Positions 37,238 through 46,712 of a stretch of DNA of 46,712 nt are shown one piece after another. The notes under the pieces are model-generated. The model was given only the letters and a program-made list of their open reading frames with translations, was not told the DNA's origin and made no database searches. This DNA is from Vulcanimicrobiota bacterium (GTDB lineage: Bacteria; Vulcanimicrobiota; Vulcanimicrobiia; Vulcanimicrobiales; Vulcanimicrobiaceae). The DNA lies in NCBI GenBank assembly GCA_003161555.1, contig PMOG01000180.1, forward strand, positions 1-46,712. The letters are read 5' to 3'. The translations under genes and the position numbers were made by a program. How positions within the stretch are numbered: position 1 is the stretch's first letter; every line of letters starts with the position of its first letter.

Positions 37238-37266
37238 TTGTCTCAACGCGGATACTCCCGTACGCT
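37238..37266 (+). promoter_or_regulatory. Sigma70-type promoter of the mre operon
   Basis: TTGTCT-17 nt-TACGCT, ending 45 bp before the mreB ATG. Confidence 0.55.
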
Positions 37267-37311
37267 GTCTCCACCGGCTGCACCATTGAGGCGCGCCACA
37301 CGGACGCACAC

Positions 37312-38343
<1,032 letters not shown>

Positions 38344-38356
38344 CGCCGCGTCGCCC

Positions 38357-39175
38357 GTGGCGCCGCAGCGAGGACGACGTCGACTCCTGACATTCGCGGG
38401 CTTTCTCCTCGCCGCGCTCACCCTGCTCGCGATCGGCGGCCCGCTGCGCTCCGCGAGCTCGGGCCTCGCGCGCGCGATCGTCTCGCCGTTCGTCGACGTC
38501 GTCCGTGGGCTCACCAAGCCCGTGGGCGAGACGTTCGCAGGGGCGTTCAACTACGCCAACGTGGTCGCGCAGAACCATCAGCTCGAGCGCGAGCTCGGCC
38601 GACTCGAGCTCAAGCAGCGCAGCGCCGGCTTCGAGCAGATCCAGCTGCGCGACCTCCTCGCGCTCGATCAGCTCCCGTTCTTGGGCACGCTCCAGACGGT
38701 CATCGCCCAGACGAACTACCAGAACCTCTCGGACTTCACGGCCACCATCGAGATCGACAAGGGCTCGTCGTCGGGCGTGCTCGTCGGCATGCCGGTCGTG
38801 GGCTCGGGAGGGCTCGTCGGCACGGTGACCGCGACGACGTCGGGCGGCTCGACGGTCACGCTGCTGACCGACGCGAGCCAGTCGATCGGCGTCACGTTCG
38901 GATCGATGGGCTACCAGGCCGTCGTGCACGGCCAGGGGGCGAGCAAGCCGCTCGACGAGGACTTCGTCGCCCCCGGCACGCCCGTGCACAAAGGTGAGAC
39001 GATGTACACGAGCGGGCTCCAAGGCGGCCTCTTCCCGGCGGGGATCCCCGTCGGCAGGATCGCGGTCACGCACATCCACCGAGGCGCGACCGAGGTGTCG
39101 ATCTCGGTCGAGCCGCTCGCGAACCTGAACGAGCTCGACTACGTCGACGTCGTGCTCTGGGAGCCCGGCTCGTGA
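38357..39175 (+). CDS. mreC: Rod shape-determining protein MreC
   Basis: TM, coiled coil, IDKG...GV..GMPV....GLVG, TSG..G.FP.GIPVG; position after mreB. Confidence 0.92.
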   Translation: MAPQRGRRRLLTFAGFLLAALTLLAIGGPLRSASSGLARAIVSPFVDVVRGLTKPVGETFAGAFNYANVVAQNHQLERELGRLELKQRSAGFEQIQLRDLLALDQLPFLGTLQTVIAQTNYQNLSDFTATIEIDKGSSSGVLVGMPVVGSGGLVGTVTATTSGGSTVTLLTDASQSIGVTFGSMGYQAVVHGQGASKPLDEDFVAPGTPVHKGETMYTSGLQGGLFPAGIPVGRIAVTHIHRGATEVSISVEPLANLNELDYVDVVLWEPGS

Positions 39176-39714
39176 GCCCGTCCCGCTGGGCGTGGCTGGT
39201 CATCGCGGGACTGGCGATCGTCGTGGTCCAGCTGACGATCGCCGACGAGCTGAGCATCGGGGGCGTGCACGCCGAGCTGGTCTGGGTTCTGCCGGCAGCC
39301 GTCGGCCTCGCCGCGGGGAGCAAGGCAGGCATGGCCGCAGGCCTCGTGGGCGGCGCGGTCGCCGACCTGTTCGTGCCGACCCCCTTCGGGCTGTCGGCAA
39401 TCGCTGGGGTCGTGGTGGGCTACCTCGTTGGCCGGCTCGGCGAGGAGGGGATCGGCGACCTGGGTGGCTCGGCGTTCTGGGTCGCGCCGTCGATCGCCTT
39501 CGGCGCCGGGCTGCTCGCGCCCGTCTTCTACGCGCTGTGCGGGGCGGTGATCGGCCATGCCTCCTACCTGTCGGCGACGCTCGGGATCGTGTGCGGGCTC
39601 GACGCGGTGGCGTGCGCCCTGCTCGTGCGCCCGGTGATGCGCGTCCTCGGCCCGCACGTCGTCGACGACTCAACCCGCGCGGGCCCGCTCGAACCTGTCA
39701 GAGGGGCGCTGTGA
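39172..39714 (+). CDS. mreD: Rod shape-determining protein MreD
   Basis: Hydrophobic 180 aa, G...DL...PFGLSA; GTGA-coupled to mreC and mrdA. Confidence 0.85.
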   Translation: MSPSRWAWLVIAGLAIVVVQLTIADELSIGGVHAELVWVLPAAVGLAAGSKAGMAAGLVGGAVADLFVPTPFGLSAIAGVVVGYLVGRLGEEGIGDLGGSAFWVAPSIAFGAGLLAPVFYALCGAVIGHASYLSATLGIVCGLDAVACALLVRPVMRVLGPHVVDDSTRAGPLEPVRGAL

Positions 39715-41813
39715 GCCGGGCGGGCTGGCGACAGCGGGGGCTGCCGCGCGAGCATCGAGCACGCTGGCCCTCGTTCCGCCGCGCGACGGCGACGCGCATC
39801 ACCGAGCGCAAGGGACCCACGCTCCCGAACCCGCTCGCGGCCCCCGAGGACGTGGGCTCGCGGCCCGACGTGCGCCTCTGGGTGGTGGGCGGTGTCTTTG
39901 TCCTGCTGTTCGCGTTCATGGGCGTTCGATTGGCCTTCCTCCAGATCGTCCAGCACACCCAGTACCTCGAAGCCGTGGCCACGAACTCGGAGCGCACCGT
40001 GACGGTGCCCGCCCCACGCGGAGAGATCGTGGACCGCAGCTTCAAGGTGCTCGTCGCCAACACCGTGCACCAAGAGCTCGTCATGGCACGCGCCGAGGCG
40101 ACGCCCTCGAGCATCGGTCGCGTGGCCGCGCTCGCGGGCGTGACGCCCAGCTCCATCGAGCGGGCGCTCAAGTCCAACCAGTACAGCCCCTACGAGCCCG
40201 TGCCCATTCTCACGGACACCCCGACGGCGGTGATCGTCTACCTCGAAGAGCACGCCGCGGCGTTCCCGGGGCTGACCGTCCAGACCGTGACGGAGCGCAA
40301 GTACCCGCCCGGCGGCGCGCTCGCACCGCACCTGCTCGGCTACGTCGGGCCGATCACCGCGACGCAGTACGCGACGCTCGCCGCCAAGGGCTACGCCAAC
40401 ACCGCGATCATCGGCCAGACCGGCGTCGAGGCCTACTACGACAACTACCTGCGCGGCATCGAGGGCGTGAAGAAGATCCTGGTCAACGCCGCCGGCATCC
40501 CGATCACGACGGTGTCGAACGTCAACGCGACGCTCGGCGACACGGTCCAGCTCAACGTGGACGCGCCCCTGCAGGCGTTCGTCACCCAGGCGCTCGCCGC
40601 GGACATCCAGCGCGTGCGCGGCACCAAGGACCCTCGATCCGGCAAGTACCCCCCCGCGCTCAACGGCGCGGTCGTGGTGCTGGACCCGCGCAACGGCCAC
40701 GTGCTCGCGATGGCGAGCGACCCGTCGTTCAACCTCAACGAGTGGGTCGGCGGCATCTCGACGGCCAACTACGACCAGCTCGTCCATTCCAAGGCGATGA
40801 TCAACAACGCCGTGAACGGCACGTTCACCCCGGGGTCCACGTTCAAGCTGATCACCGCGACCGCCGCGCTCGACGACCACCTGATCTCGCCGTTCCAGTA
40901 CGTCGACGACACCGGTGCGTTCACGGTGCCGGGCTGCCTGCAGGGCGCCTCGGGGTGCGTGTTCCACGACGACGAGACCTCGGGGCTCGGCGAGGTCGAC
41001 ATGCCGCTCGCGCTCACCGAGTCGTCGGACTACTACTTCTACAACCTCGGCTACCTGTTCTGGCAGAACCACGTGAACAACAGCGCGTACCGCTACGGGG
41101 CGACACCGATCCAGGACATCGCGACGGCCTACGGGCTCGATGGCCCGACGGGCATCGACCTGCCCTACGAGTCGTCGAGCATCGTGGACAGCCCCCTGGT
41201 CCACCACAACGAGCACCAGCAGTTCCCGCAGGACTATCCGAACGGGGGGTGGTACACGGGTGACAACATCGAGATGGCGTTCGGCCAGGGCGGCACCACG
41301 CTCACCCCGCTGGGTCTCGCCAACGCCTACGCCACGTTCGCGAACGGCGGGACGCGGTACATCCCCGAGGTGGCGGCCGCGGTGTACTCGCCGGCAGGCA
41401 AGCTGCTCTTGCGCTACGGCGCTCGGGTCGCGGCACGCGTCCCGATGCCCGCGTCCACGCGCAACCCGATCCTCCAGGGCCTCCTTGGCGTCGTGAACAG
41501 CCCGAGCGGCACGGGCTACGGGGCGTTCCACGCCTACGCGAACTTCAACCTGAGCAGCTTCCCGGTCGCGGGCAAGACGGGCACCGCGACGGTCCTCGTC
41601 AACGGCCAGAAAAAGGAGCCCAACAGCTGGTTCGTCGGGTTCGGACCCGTGAGCTCGCCGCGCTACGTCGTGCTCTGCGTGATCGGCCAGGGCGGCTACG
41701 GGGCGGACGCCGCCGCCCCTGTCGTGGCCCAGACCTTCGACTACCTCGTGGCCCATCCCGTCGGCTCGCTCGTCGTGCCCGCACAGCACACGACGACTCC
41801 CCACCATCAGTGA
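39711..41813 (+). CDS. mrdA: Class B penicillin-binding protein 2
   Basis: APRGEI.DR, HLLGYVG, G.TGVE..YD..LRG, PGSTFK, SSD, AFGQG, GKTGT. Confidence 0.93.
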   Translation: MSRAGWRQRGLPREHRARWPSFRRATATRITERKGPTLPNPLAAPEDVGSRPDVRLWVVGGVFVLLFAFMGVRLAFLQIVQHTQYLEAVATNSERTVTVPAPRGEIVDRSFKVLVANTVHQELVMARAEATPSSIGRVAALAGVTPSSIERALKSNQYSPYEPVPILTDTPTAVIVYLEEHAAAFPGLTVQTVTERKYPPGGALAPHLLGYVGPITATQYATLAAKGYANTAIIGQTGVEAYYDNYLRGIEGVKKILVNAAGIPITTVSNVNATLGDTVQLNVDAPLQAFVTQALAADIQRVRGTKDPRSGKYPPALNGAVVVLDPRNGHVLAMASDPSFNLNEWVGGISTANYDQLVHSKAMINNAVNGTFTPGSTFKLITATAALDDHLISPFQYVDDTGAFTVPGCLQGASGCVFHDDETSGLGEVDMPLALTESSDYYFYNLGYLFWQNHVNNSAYRYGATPIQDIATAYGLDGPTGIDLPYESSSIVDSPLVHHNEHQQFPQDYPNGGWYTGDNIEMAFGQGGTTLTPLGLANAYATFANGGTRYIPEVAAAVYSPAGKLLLRYGARVAARVPMPASTRNPILQGLLGVVNSPSGTGYGAFHAYANFNLSSFPVAGKTGTATVLVNGQKKEPNSWFVGFGPVSSPRYVVLCVIGQGGYGADAAAPVVAQTFDYLVAHPVGSLVVPAQHTTTPHHQ

Positions 41814-41839
41814 GCCGTGCGATTCCCTAGGGTGAGGCC

Positions 41840-43780
41840 ATGACGTCGGTGTGGGACCGCGTCGAGCCGCTCTTGTGGCACGTGGAGAAGCCCGCGCGCT
41901 ACATCGGGGGCGAGGACGGCTCGTTCCGCGACGACAAGGGCCCCGACGCGGTGCGATGGCTGCTCGCGTACCCCGACACCTACGAGATCGGACTGCCGAA
42001 CCAGGGCCTCCAGATCCTCTACGGCATCCTCAACGAGCGCGAGGACGCGGCGGCCGAGCGCACGTACGCCCCGTGGGGCGACATGGAGGCCGCGATGCGC
42101 GAGGCCTCCGTGCCGCTGTTCTCCGTCGAGTCGACGCGGCCCGCTGGCGAGTTCGACGTGCTCGCGTTCAACCTGTCCGCCGAGCTCACCTACACGAACG
42201 TCCTCAACATGATCGACCTCTCGCGCATCCCGTTGCACACCGCCGAGCGCGGCCCCAGCGACACGGTCGTGGTGGCGGGCGGGCACTGCACCTACAACCC
42301 CGAGCCGCTGGCGGCGTTCCTCGACGCGATCGTGCTCGGCGACGGCGAAGAGGTCGTCGGCGAGCTGAACGACGTCATGGCCGCGTGGCTCGCCACGCCC
42401 GCGGCGGCTCGCACGCGCCGCGGGCTGCACGTCGCCCTCGCGAACACCGAGGGCGTCTACGTCCCGTCCCTGTACACGCCGCGCTACGCCGACGGCGTGC
42501 TCGTCGGCTACGACGTCGACGCCGAGGCGCCGGCGACGGTCGACAAGCGAACCGTCGCGGACCTCGGCGAGTGGCCCTATCCCCGCGCACAGCTCGTCCC
42601 GCTCACCGAGGTCGTGCACGACCGGCTGAACGTCGAGGTCTTCCGGGGCTGCACGCGCGGGTGCAGGTTCTGCCAGGCGGGGATGATCACGCGCCCGGTG
42701 CGCGAGCGCCCGAAGGACCAGGTCCTCGAGATGGTGCGCAGCGGCATCGAGCGCACGGGCTATGACGAGGTCGCGCTCACGTCGCTGTCGACGGCGGACT
42801 TCTCGGGCATCGGCGACGTGGTGGCCGCGCTCTGCGACCCCGAACAAGGCGTGCCCGAGGTCGCCGTCTCGCTCCCCTCGCTGCGGGTCGACGCCTTCAC
42901 CGTCGCCACGGCCGCGTCGATCCAGCAGGTCCGCAGGACCGGGCTGACCTTCGCGCCCGAGGGCGGGACCTGGCGCATGCGCCGCGTGATCAACAAGCTG
43001 ATCAGCGACGACGACCTGTACGCGGCGGTCGACGCCGCGTTCTCCCAGGGCTGGCGGCGCATCAAGCTCTACTTCCTCATCGGGCTGCCGACGGAGCGCG
43101 ACGAGGACGTCGTCGCCATCGCGCGGCTCGCCGCCAACTGCGTCGAGCGCGGTCGCGCCCACCACTCGAAGGCGTCGGTGACCGCCTCGGTCGGGGGCTT
43201 CGTGCCCAAGGCCAACACGCCCTTCCAGTGGCACGAGATGGACAGCCCGAGTGAGCTGCACCGCAAGGTCGCCCTCTTGCGGCGCGAGGCGCGCGCGACG
43301 CGGGGCCTCGACATCCGCTGGCACGACCCCGACGCGACGGGTGCCGAGGGCATCGTCTCGCGGGGGGACCGCCGCATCGGCGCGGTCATCGAGCGCGTCT
43401 GGCGCGACGGCGGGACCTTCCAGGAGTGGTCCGAGCGGTTCGAGCTCGCGCGGTGGGAGGCGGCACTCGACGCCGAGGGCCTCGACCTCGCCTCGACCGC
43501 GCTGCGGGCGCGAGGCCGCGACGAGATGCTCCCGTGGTCCCACCTGTCCGCGGGGCTTCACCCCGACTTCCTCTGGGGCGACTACGAGTCGTCGCTCGCG
43601 GGCGAGGGCCTCGAGGACTGCCGGTGGACCCCGTGCTACGACTGCGGAGCGTGCACGACCTACGGCATCGAGCACGTGGTGGCGGCGACCGCGCCGCCTG
43701 CGGGCGGGTCCCAGGGCACCGGACAGGGCCTGGACCTCACCGGCCCGGTCACCGTCGAGCTCGGCACGACTCACAGGTGA
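41840..43780 (+). CDS. TIGR03960-type radical SAM protein
   Basis: VEKPARYIGGE, YPDTYEIG..N.G, NPEP, RGCTRGCRFCQAG (CxxxCxxC), TFAPE.G, C-terminal DCR..PCYDCGAC. Confidence 0.92.
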   Translation: MTSVWDRVEPLLWHVEKPARYIGGEDGSFRDDKGPDAVRWLLAYPDTYEIGLPNQGLQILYGILNEREDAAAERTYAPWGDMEAAMREASVPLFSVESTRPAGEFDVLAFNLSAELTYTNVLNMIDLSRIPLHTAERGPSDTVVVAGGHCTYNPEPLAAFLDAIVLGDGEEVVGELNDVMAAWLATPAAARTRRGLHVALANTEGVYVPSLYTPRYADGVLVGYDVDAEAPATVDKRTVADLGEWPYPRAQLVPLTEVVHDRLNVEVFRGCTRGCRFCQAGMITRPVRERPKDQVLEMVRSGIERTGYDEVALTSLSTADFSGIGDVVAALCDPEQGVPEVAVSLPSLRVDAFTVATAASIQQVRRTGLTFAPEGGTWRMRRVINKLISDDDLYAAVDAAFSQGWRRIKLYFLIGLPTERDEDVVAIARLAANCVERGRAHHSKASVTASVGGFVPKANTPFQWHEMDSPSELHRKVALLRREARATRGLDIRWHDPDATGAEGIVSRGDRRIGAVIERVWRDGGTFQEWSERFELARWEAALDAEGLDLASTALRARGRDEMLPWSHLSAGLHPDFLWGDYESSLAGEGLEDCRWTPCYDCGACTTYGIEHVVAATAPPAGGSQGTGQGLDLTGPVTVELGTTHR

Positions 43781-44619
43781 GCGACACGCCACGCGGTGTG
43801 TCGAGTCCGGTGCTCGAGCTGCCCGAGCGACTTCGCCTCCGCTACGCCAAGCTCGGCCGCGTGCGCTACACGTCGCAGCGAGACCTCGCGCGAGTGATGG
43901 AGCGCGCGATGCGACGCGCGTCGCTGCCGCTTCGGCGCTCCGCGGGGTTCTCGCCGCGACCGCTGCTCAGCTTCGGGCTCGCGCTGCCGACGGGTTGCTC
44001 GTCGCGGGCCGAGTACCTGGACCTGCGACTCGACCACGAGTCGACGACGTCGCCGGGAATCCGCGTCGTCGACGCGGCTGACATTGACCCCGCGAGCCTC
44101 CACCGGCTGTGCGCGCTGCTCTCCGCGATGCTGCCCGACGGGGTCGACGTGACCGCCGCGGCGGCGCTGCGAGGTCCGGAGATGTCGCTGCAAGAGGCGG
44201 TAGCATCGTGTGACTGGGAACTGGAGGTGCTCGGCGTGGGTCCAGCAGAGGCGGCCGGACAGGTCGAGCGACTGCTCGGCGCCGACGCCGTCATGGTCAC
44301 GCGTGAGCGCAAGGGCCGCGAGGTCGCCGACGACCTCCGCCCGTCGATCCTCTCGTTGCGAGTGGCCGACCGGCCTGCGCGGGTGCTCGACGGGCACGGC
44401 GACGTCGTGGGGATCGACGCGTCCGTGTCGACGCGCCCCCGCGGAGTGCGCCCCGGCGAGCTGTGCCAGGCGCTCGGCGACCAGGTCACGCTGCTGGGTG
44501 CGTGCCGCACCTACCAGTGGATGGAGAACGAGGACCGGACCGTCCGGGCGGAGCCGCTCAGCGAAGCTGGCGTCGCCTGTGTCGGTCTCCCCGCGCGCAC
44601 GGAGGTGCTCGGCGGGTGA
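43777..44619 (+). CDS. TIGR03936/DUF2344 radical SAM-associated protein
   Basis: RLRYAK.G..RY.S.RD, RA.RRA.LP...S.GFSP.P..SFG.ALP.G..S.AEY.D; GTGA-coupled. Confidence 0.88.
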   Translation: MSDTPRGVSSPVLELPERLRLRYAKLGRVRYTSQRDLARVMERAMRRASLPLRRSAGFSPRPLLSFGLALPTGCSSRAEYLDLRLDHESTTSPGIRVVDAADIDPASLHRLCALLSAMLPDGVDVTAAAALRGPEMSLQEAVASCDWELEVLGVGPAEAAGQVERLLGADAVMVTRERKGREVADDLRPSILSLRVADRPARVLDGHGDVVGIDASVSTRPRGVRPGELCQALGDQVTLLGACRTYQWMENEDRTVRAEPLSEAGVACVGLPARTEVLGG

Positions 44620-44643
44620 AGACGCTGCAAAGGACGCCCACAC

Positions 44644-46287
44644 ATGGACGACAACGACCGACTCGATTCGTCGGGCATACCCGTGCCCGTGCCCGCGGGA
44701 CCGGCTGAGGGAGCGACCGCTCCGAAGGTCGGCGACACGCGCCCGAAGGTGGGCGACACGAGGCCCGCGCCCCCACGCGCGGACCTGCCAGCCGGCCAGG
44801 CCGAGCGCGGCTCGCGGAGCCGCGGGCGTCGCGGCGGGCGAGGCCGAGGCAGGGGCCGGGGCACCGGTGAGGCCACGGCGGGCACCACCGCGCGCGTCGC
44901 GCGCGACGACGGCCCGGTGATGGCGTCGGCACCCGCGCCAACAGGCGAGGAGGACACCTCGCGGCGCTCGCGGTCGAGGCGGCGACGCAGCCCGGAGCGA
45001 AAGCGCCCCATGGGCCGGTACCTCATGTGCGTCCACGCGACCCCGTCCGCGACGCACATCGCGACCCTCGAGGGCCGGAACCTGGTCGAGCACTCCGTCG
45101 CAAAGGCGACGAACGAGACCACCCAGATCGACGGGAACATCTACGTCGGGCGCGTCCAGAACGTCCTTCCCGGCATGGAGGCGGCGTTCATCGACATCGG
45201 CATCCCGAAGAACGGCGTGCTCTACCGAGGTGACGTCCAGTACGACCAAGAGGACGTGGAGCAGTCGCGGTCCCGCCCGTCGATGCGCATCGAAGAGATG
45301 CTGAAGTCCGGCCAGACGATCCTGTGCCAGGTGACCAAGAACCCCATCGGGGCCAAGGGCGCGCGGCTCACCCAGGAGGTCTCCTTGCCGGGCCGCTTCG
45401 TCGTGCTGGTGCCGAACTCGTCGGCCTTCGGGATCTCGAAGCGCCTGGGCGACACCGAGCGGCGCCGGCTGCGCAAGATCACCGACGAGATCCGCCCCGA
45501 CGGCCACGGGCTCATCGTGCGCACCGCGGCCGAGGGCGTGTCCGCCGAGGAGCTGCGCCGCGACGTCCAGTCGCTCGTCGCGAAGTGGACCGAGATCGAG
45601 CAGCGCGCCGCGACGTCCAACCAGCCGCGCCTCGTGTACCAGGACCTCGACCTCGCCGTGCGGATCCTGCGCGAGGAGCTGAACAGCGACTACCGCGGCG
45701 TGCTCATCGACGACCGCGAGCTGTTCGACAAGGTGCGCGACTACGTGACGGCGGTCAATCCCGAGCTCGCCGACCGCATCGAGTACTACGACACCGAGGC
45801 AGAAGAGCTGCCGCTCTTCGAGCGCTATTTCGTCCACGAGCAGCTCCACAAGGCGCTCGACCGCAAGGTCTGGCTGCCGTCGGGGGGCTCGCTCATCATC
45901 GAGCGCACCGAGGCGCTGACGGTCATCGACGTGAACACCGGCAAGAACATCGGCAAGTCGAACCTCGAAGAGACGGTCTTTCGCAACAACCTCGAGGCCG
46001 CTGCCGAGGTCGCCCACCAGCTCCGGCTGCGCGACATCGGCGGCATCATCGTCATCGACTTCATCGACATGGAGACCAAGCAGAACCGCGAGGCGGTCGC
46101 GGGCGCCCTGCGCGAGGGCCTCTCGCGGGACAAGACGCGCACCCAGGTCTTCGACATCTCCGAGCTCGGCCTGGTCGAGATGACGCGCAAGCGCGTCTCT
46201 GAGGGACTGCTCGAGTCGGTGTCGACGGTCTGCTCGGTCTGCGAGGGCCGCGGCACGATCCTCGATCCCGACCTGTCCTTCGGCTGA
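44644..46287 (+). CDS. rne: Ribonuclease E/G family endoribonuclease with a disordered N-terminal extension
   Basis: GNIY.GRV.NVLPGMEAAFIDIG, QVTK.P...KGARLT, VIDVNTG, LRLRDIGGIIVIDFIDM, GL.EMTRKR, CSVCEG.G. Confidence 0.95.
   Translation: MDDNDRLDSSGIPVPVPAGPAEGATAPKVGDTRPKVGDTRPAPPRADLPAGQAERGSRSRGRRGGRGRGRGRGTGEATAGTTARVARDDGPVMASAPAPTGEEDTSRRSRSRRRRSPERKRPMGRYLMCVHATPSATHIATLEGRNLVEHSVAKATNETTQIDGNIYVGRVQNVLPGMEAAFIDIGIPKNGVLYRGDVQYDQEDVEQSRSRPSMRIEEMLKSGQTILCQVTKNPIGAKGARLTQEVSLPGRFVVLVPNSSAFGISKRLGDTERRRLRKITDEIRPDGHGLIVRTAAEGVSAEELRRDVQSLVAKWTEIEQRAATSNQPRLVYQDLDLAVRILREELNSDYRGVLIDDRELFDKVRDYVTAVNPELADRIEYYDTEAEELPLFERYFVHEQLHKALDRKVWLPSGGSLIIERTEALTVIDVNTGKNIGKSNLEETVFRNNLEAAAEVAHQLRLRDIGGIIVIDFIDMETKQNREAVAGALREGLSRDKTRTQVFDISELGLVEMTRKRVSEGLLESVSTVCSVCEGRGTILDPDLSFG
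44722..44763 (+). repeat. 21-bp tandem repeat encoding PKVGDTR x2
   Basis: CCGAAGGTCGGCGACACGCGC / CCGAAGGTGGGCGACACGAGG; differences are synonymous. Confidence 0.85.
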
Positions 46288-46295
46288 CGCTGGTC

Positions 46296-46586
46296 GTGGC
46301 GCCGCAGGGTGTGACGCCGGCCGAGCGCGACGTGGCGGCGACCAAGCGGTCGTACCTCTTCGTGCGCGCCTCGAGCGTCGTCGGCTGGCTGGTGCTCCTC
46401 GCGGTGGTGGGCGCGCCGACGATCCTCACGCACCACACGGGGCCCGCCGCCGACGCGTTCTGGGCGATCGCGGCGGTCACCGGGCTCGCCTTGTGGGGCT
46501 GGCTGGCGTTCCTCGGTGGCCTCCGGCGTCGTGACCTCTCGCGCATCGATCGCCCGGCCGCGCGCTACGACCCCCGCTCGCGTTGA
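46296..46586 (+). CDS. Small two-TM membrane protein
   Basis: 96-aa ORF filling the rne-rplU gap with two hydrophobic helices. Confidence 0.55.
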   Translation: MAPQGVTPAERDVAATKRSYLFVRASSVVGWLVLLAVVGAPTILTHHTGPAADAFWAIAAVTGLALWGWLAFLGGLRRRDLSRIDRPAARYDPRSR

Positions 46587-46637
46587 GCGCGGGCTCGATC
46601 GATGCAAACGCGACCGAGCCGCTAGGATCGCCGGGCC

Positions 46638-46712
46638 ATGTACGCCGTCATCAAGACCGGAAGCTCACAAGAGCGCGTCCGCGAGGGCGAGCGCGTCCGC
46701 ATCGACAAGCGC
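46638..46712 (+). CDS. rplU: 50S ribosomal protein L21, N-terminus (runs off window end)
   Basis: MYAVIKTGSSQERVREGERVRIDK resembles the MYAxxxTGGKQxxV consensus; canonical position after rne. Confidence 0.85.
   Translation, partial: MYAVIKTGSSQERVREGERVRIDKR

Noticed and set aside
41022-41030. SxD instead of SxN in PBP2 as an inactivating change
   Set aside because: SxD is common in PBP2/MrdA proteins

Overview
GC-rich bacterial window of about 45 genes that appears to be two unrelated genomes joined at ~35,040-35,060. Left part (1-35,050): partial fumC, a TPR protein, RidA, an aromatic-amino-acid decarboxylase-GNAT-VOC operon converging on a PucR regulator plus a degenerate glutamine-synthetase paralogue, an M-box (Mg2+) riboswitch ahead of a stand-alone MgtE cytosolic domain and an Nramp-related transporter, suhB, kynA plus a kynureninase-like gene, a GH44 lipoprotein and other exported proteins, tRNA-Ser(TGA), TMEM175, CPBP, rraA, NUDIX, an S41 protease, two GT-C-like membrane proteins, tsaC, serS, moeA, BON, a HisC-like aminotransferase, a metallophosphoesterase, TPR, PaaI and smpB. 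The next ORF starts as TilS (SGGPDS PP-loop) and continues in frame as the C-terminal part of FolC, and codon usage shifts at that point. Right part: an actinobacterial-type block 'folC-ndk-mreBCD-mrdA-[no rodA]-radical SAM pair-rne-rplU'. Taxonomic impressions (left Ca. Eremiobacterota-like, right Acidimicrobiia-like) are unverified. No CRISPR array, rRNA, integrase or transposase was seen. The best candidates for new biology are the PucR/pseudo-GS pair, the decarboxylase-acetyltransferase operon and the riboswitch-controlled two-part Mg2+ transporter. All calls come from motif recognition by eye, with no database searches.
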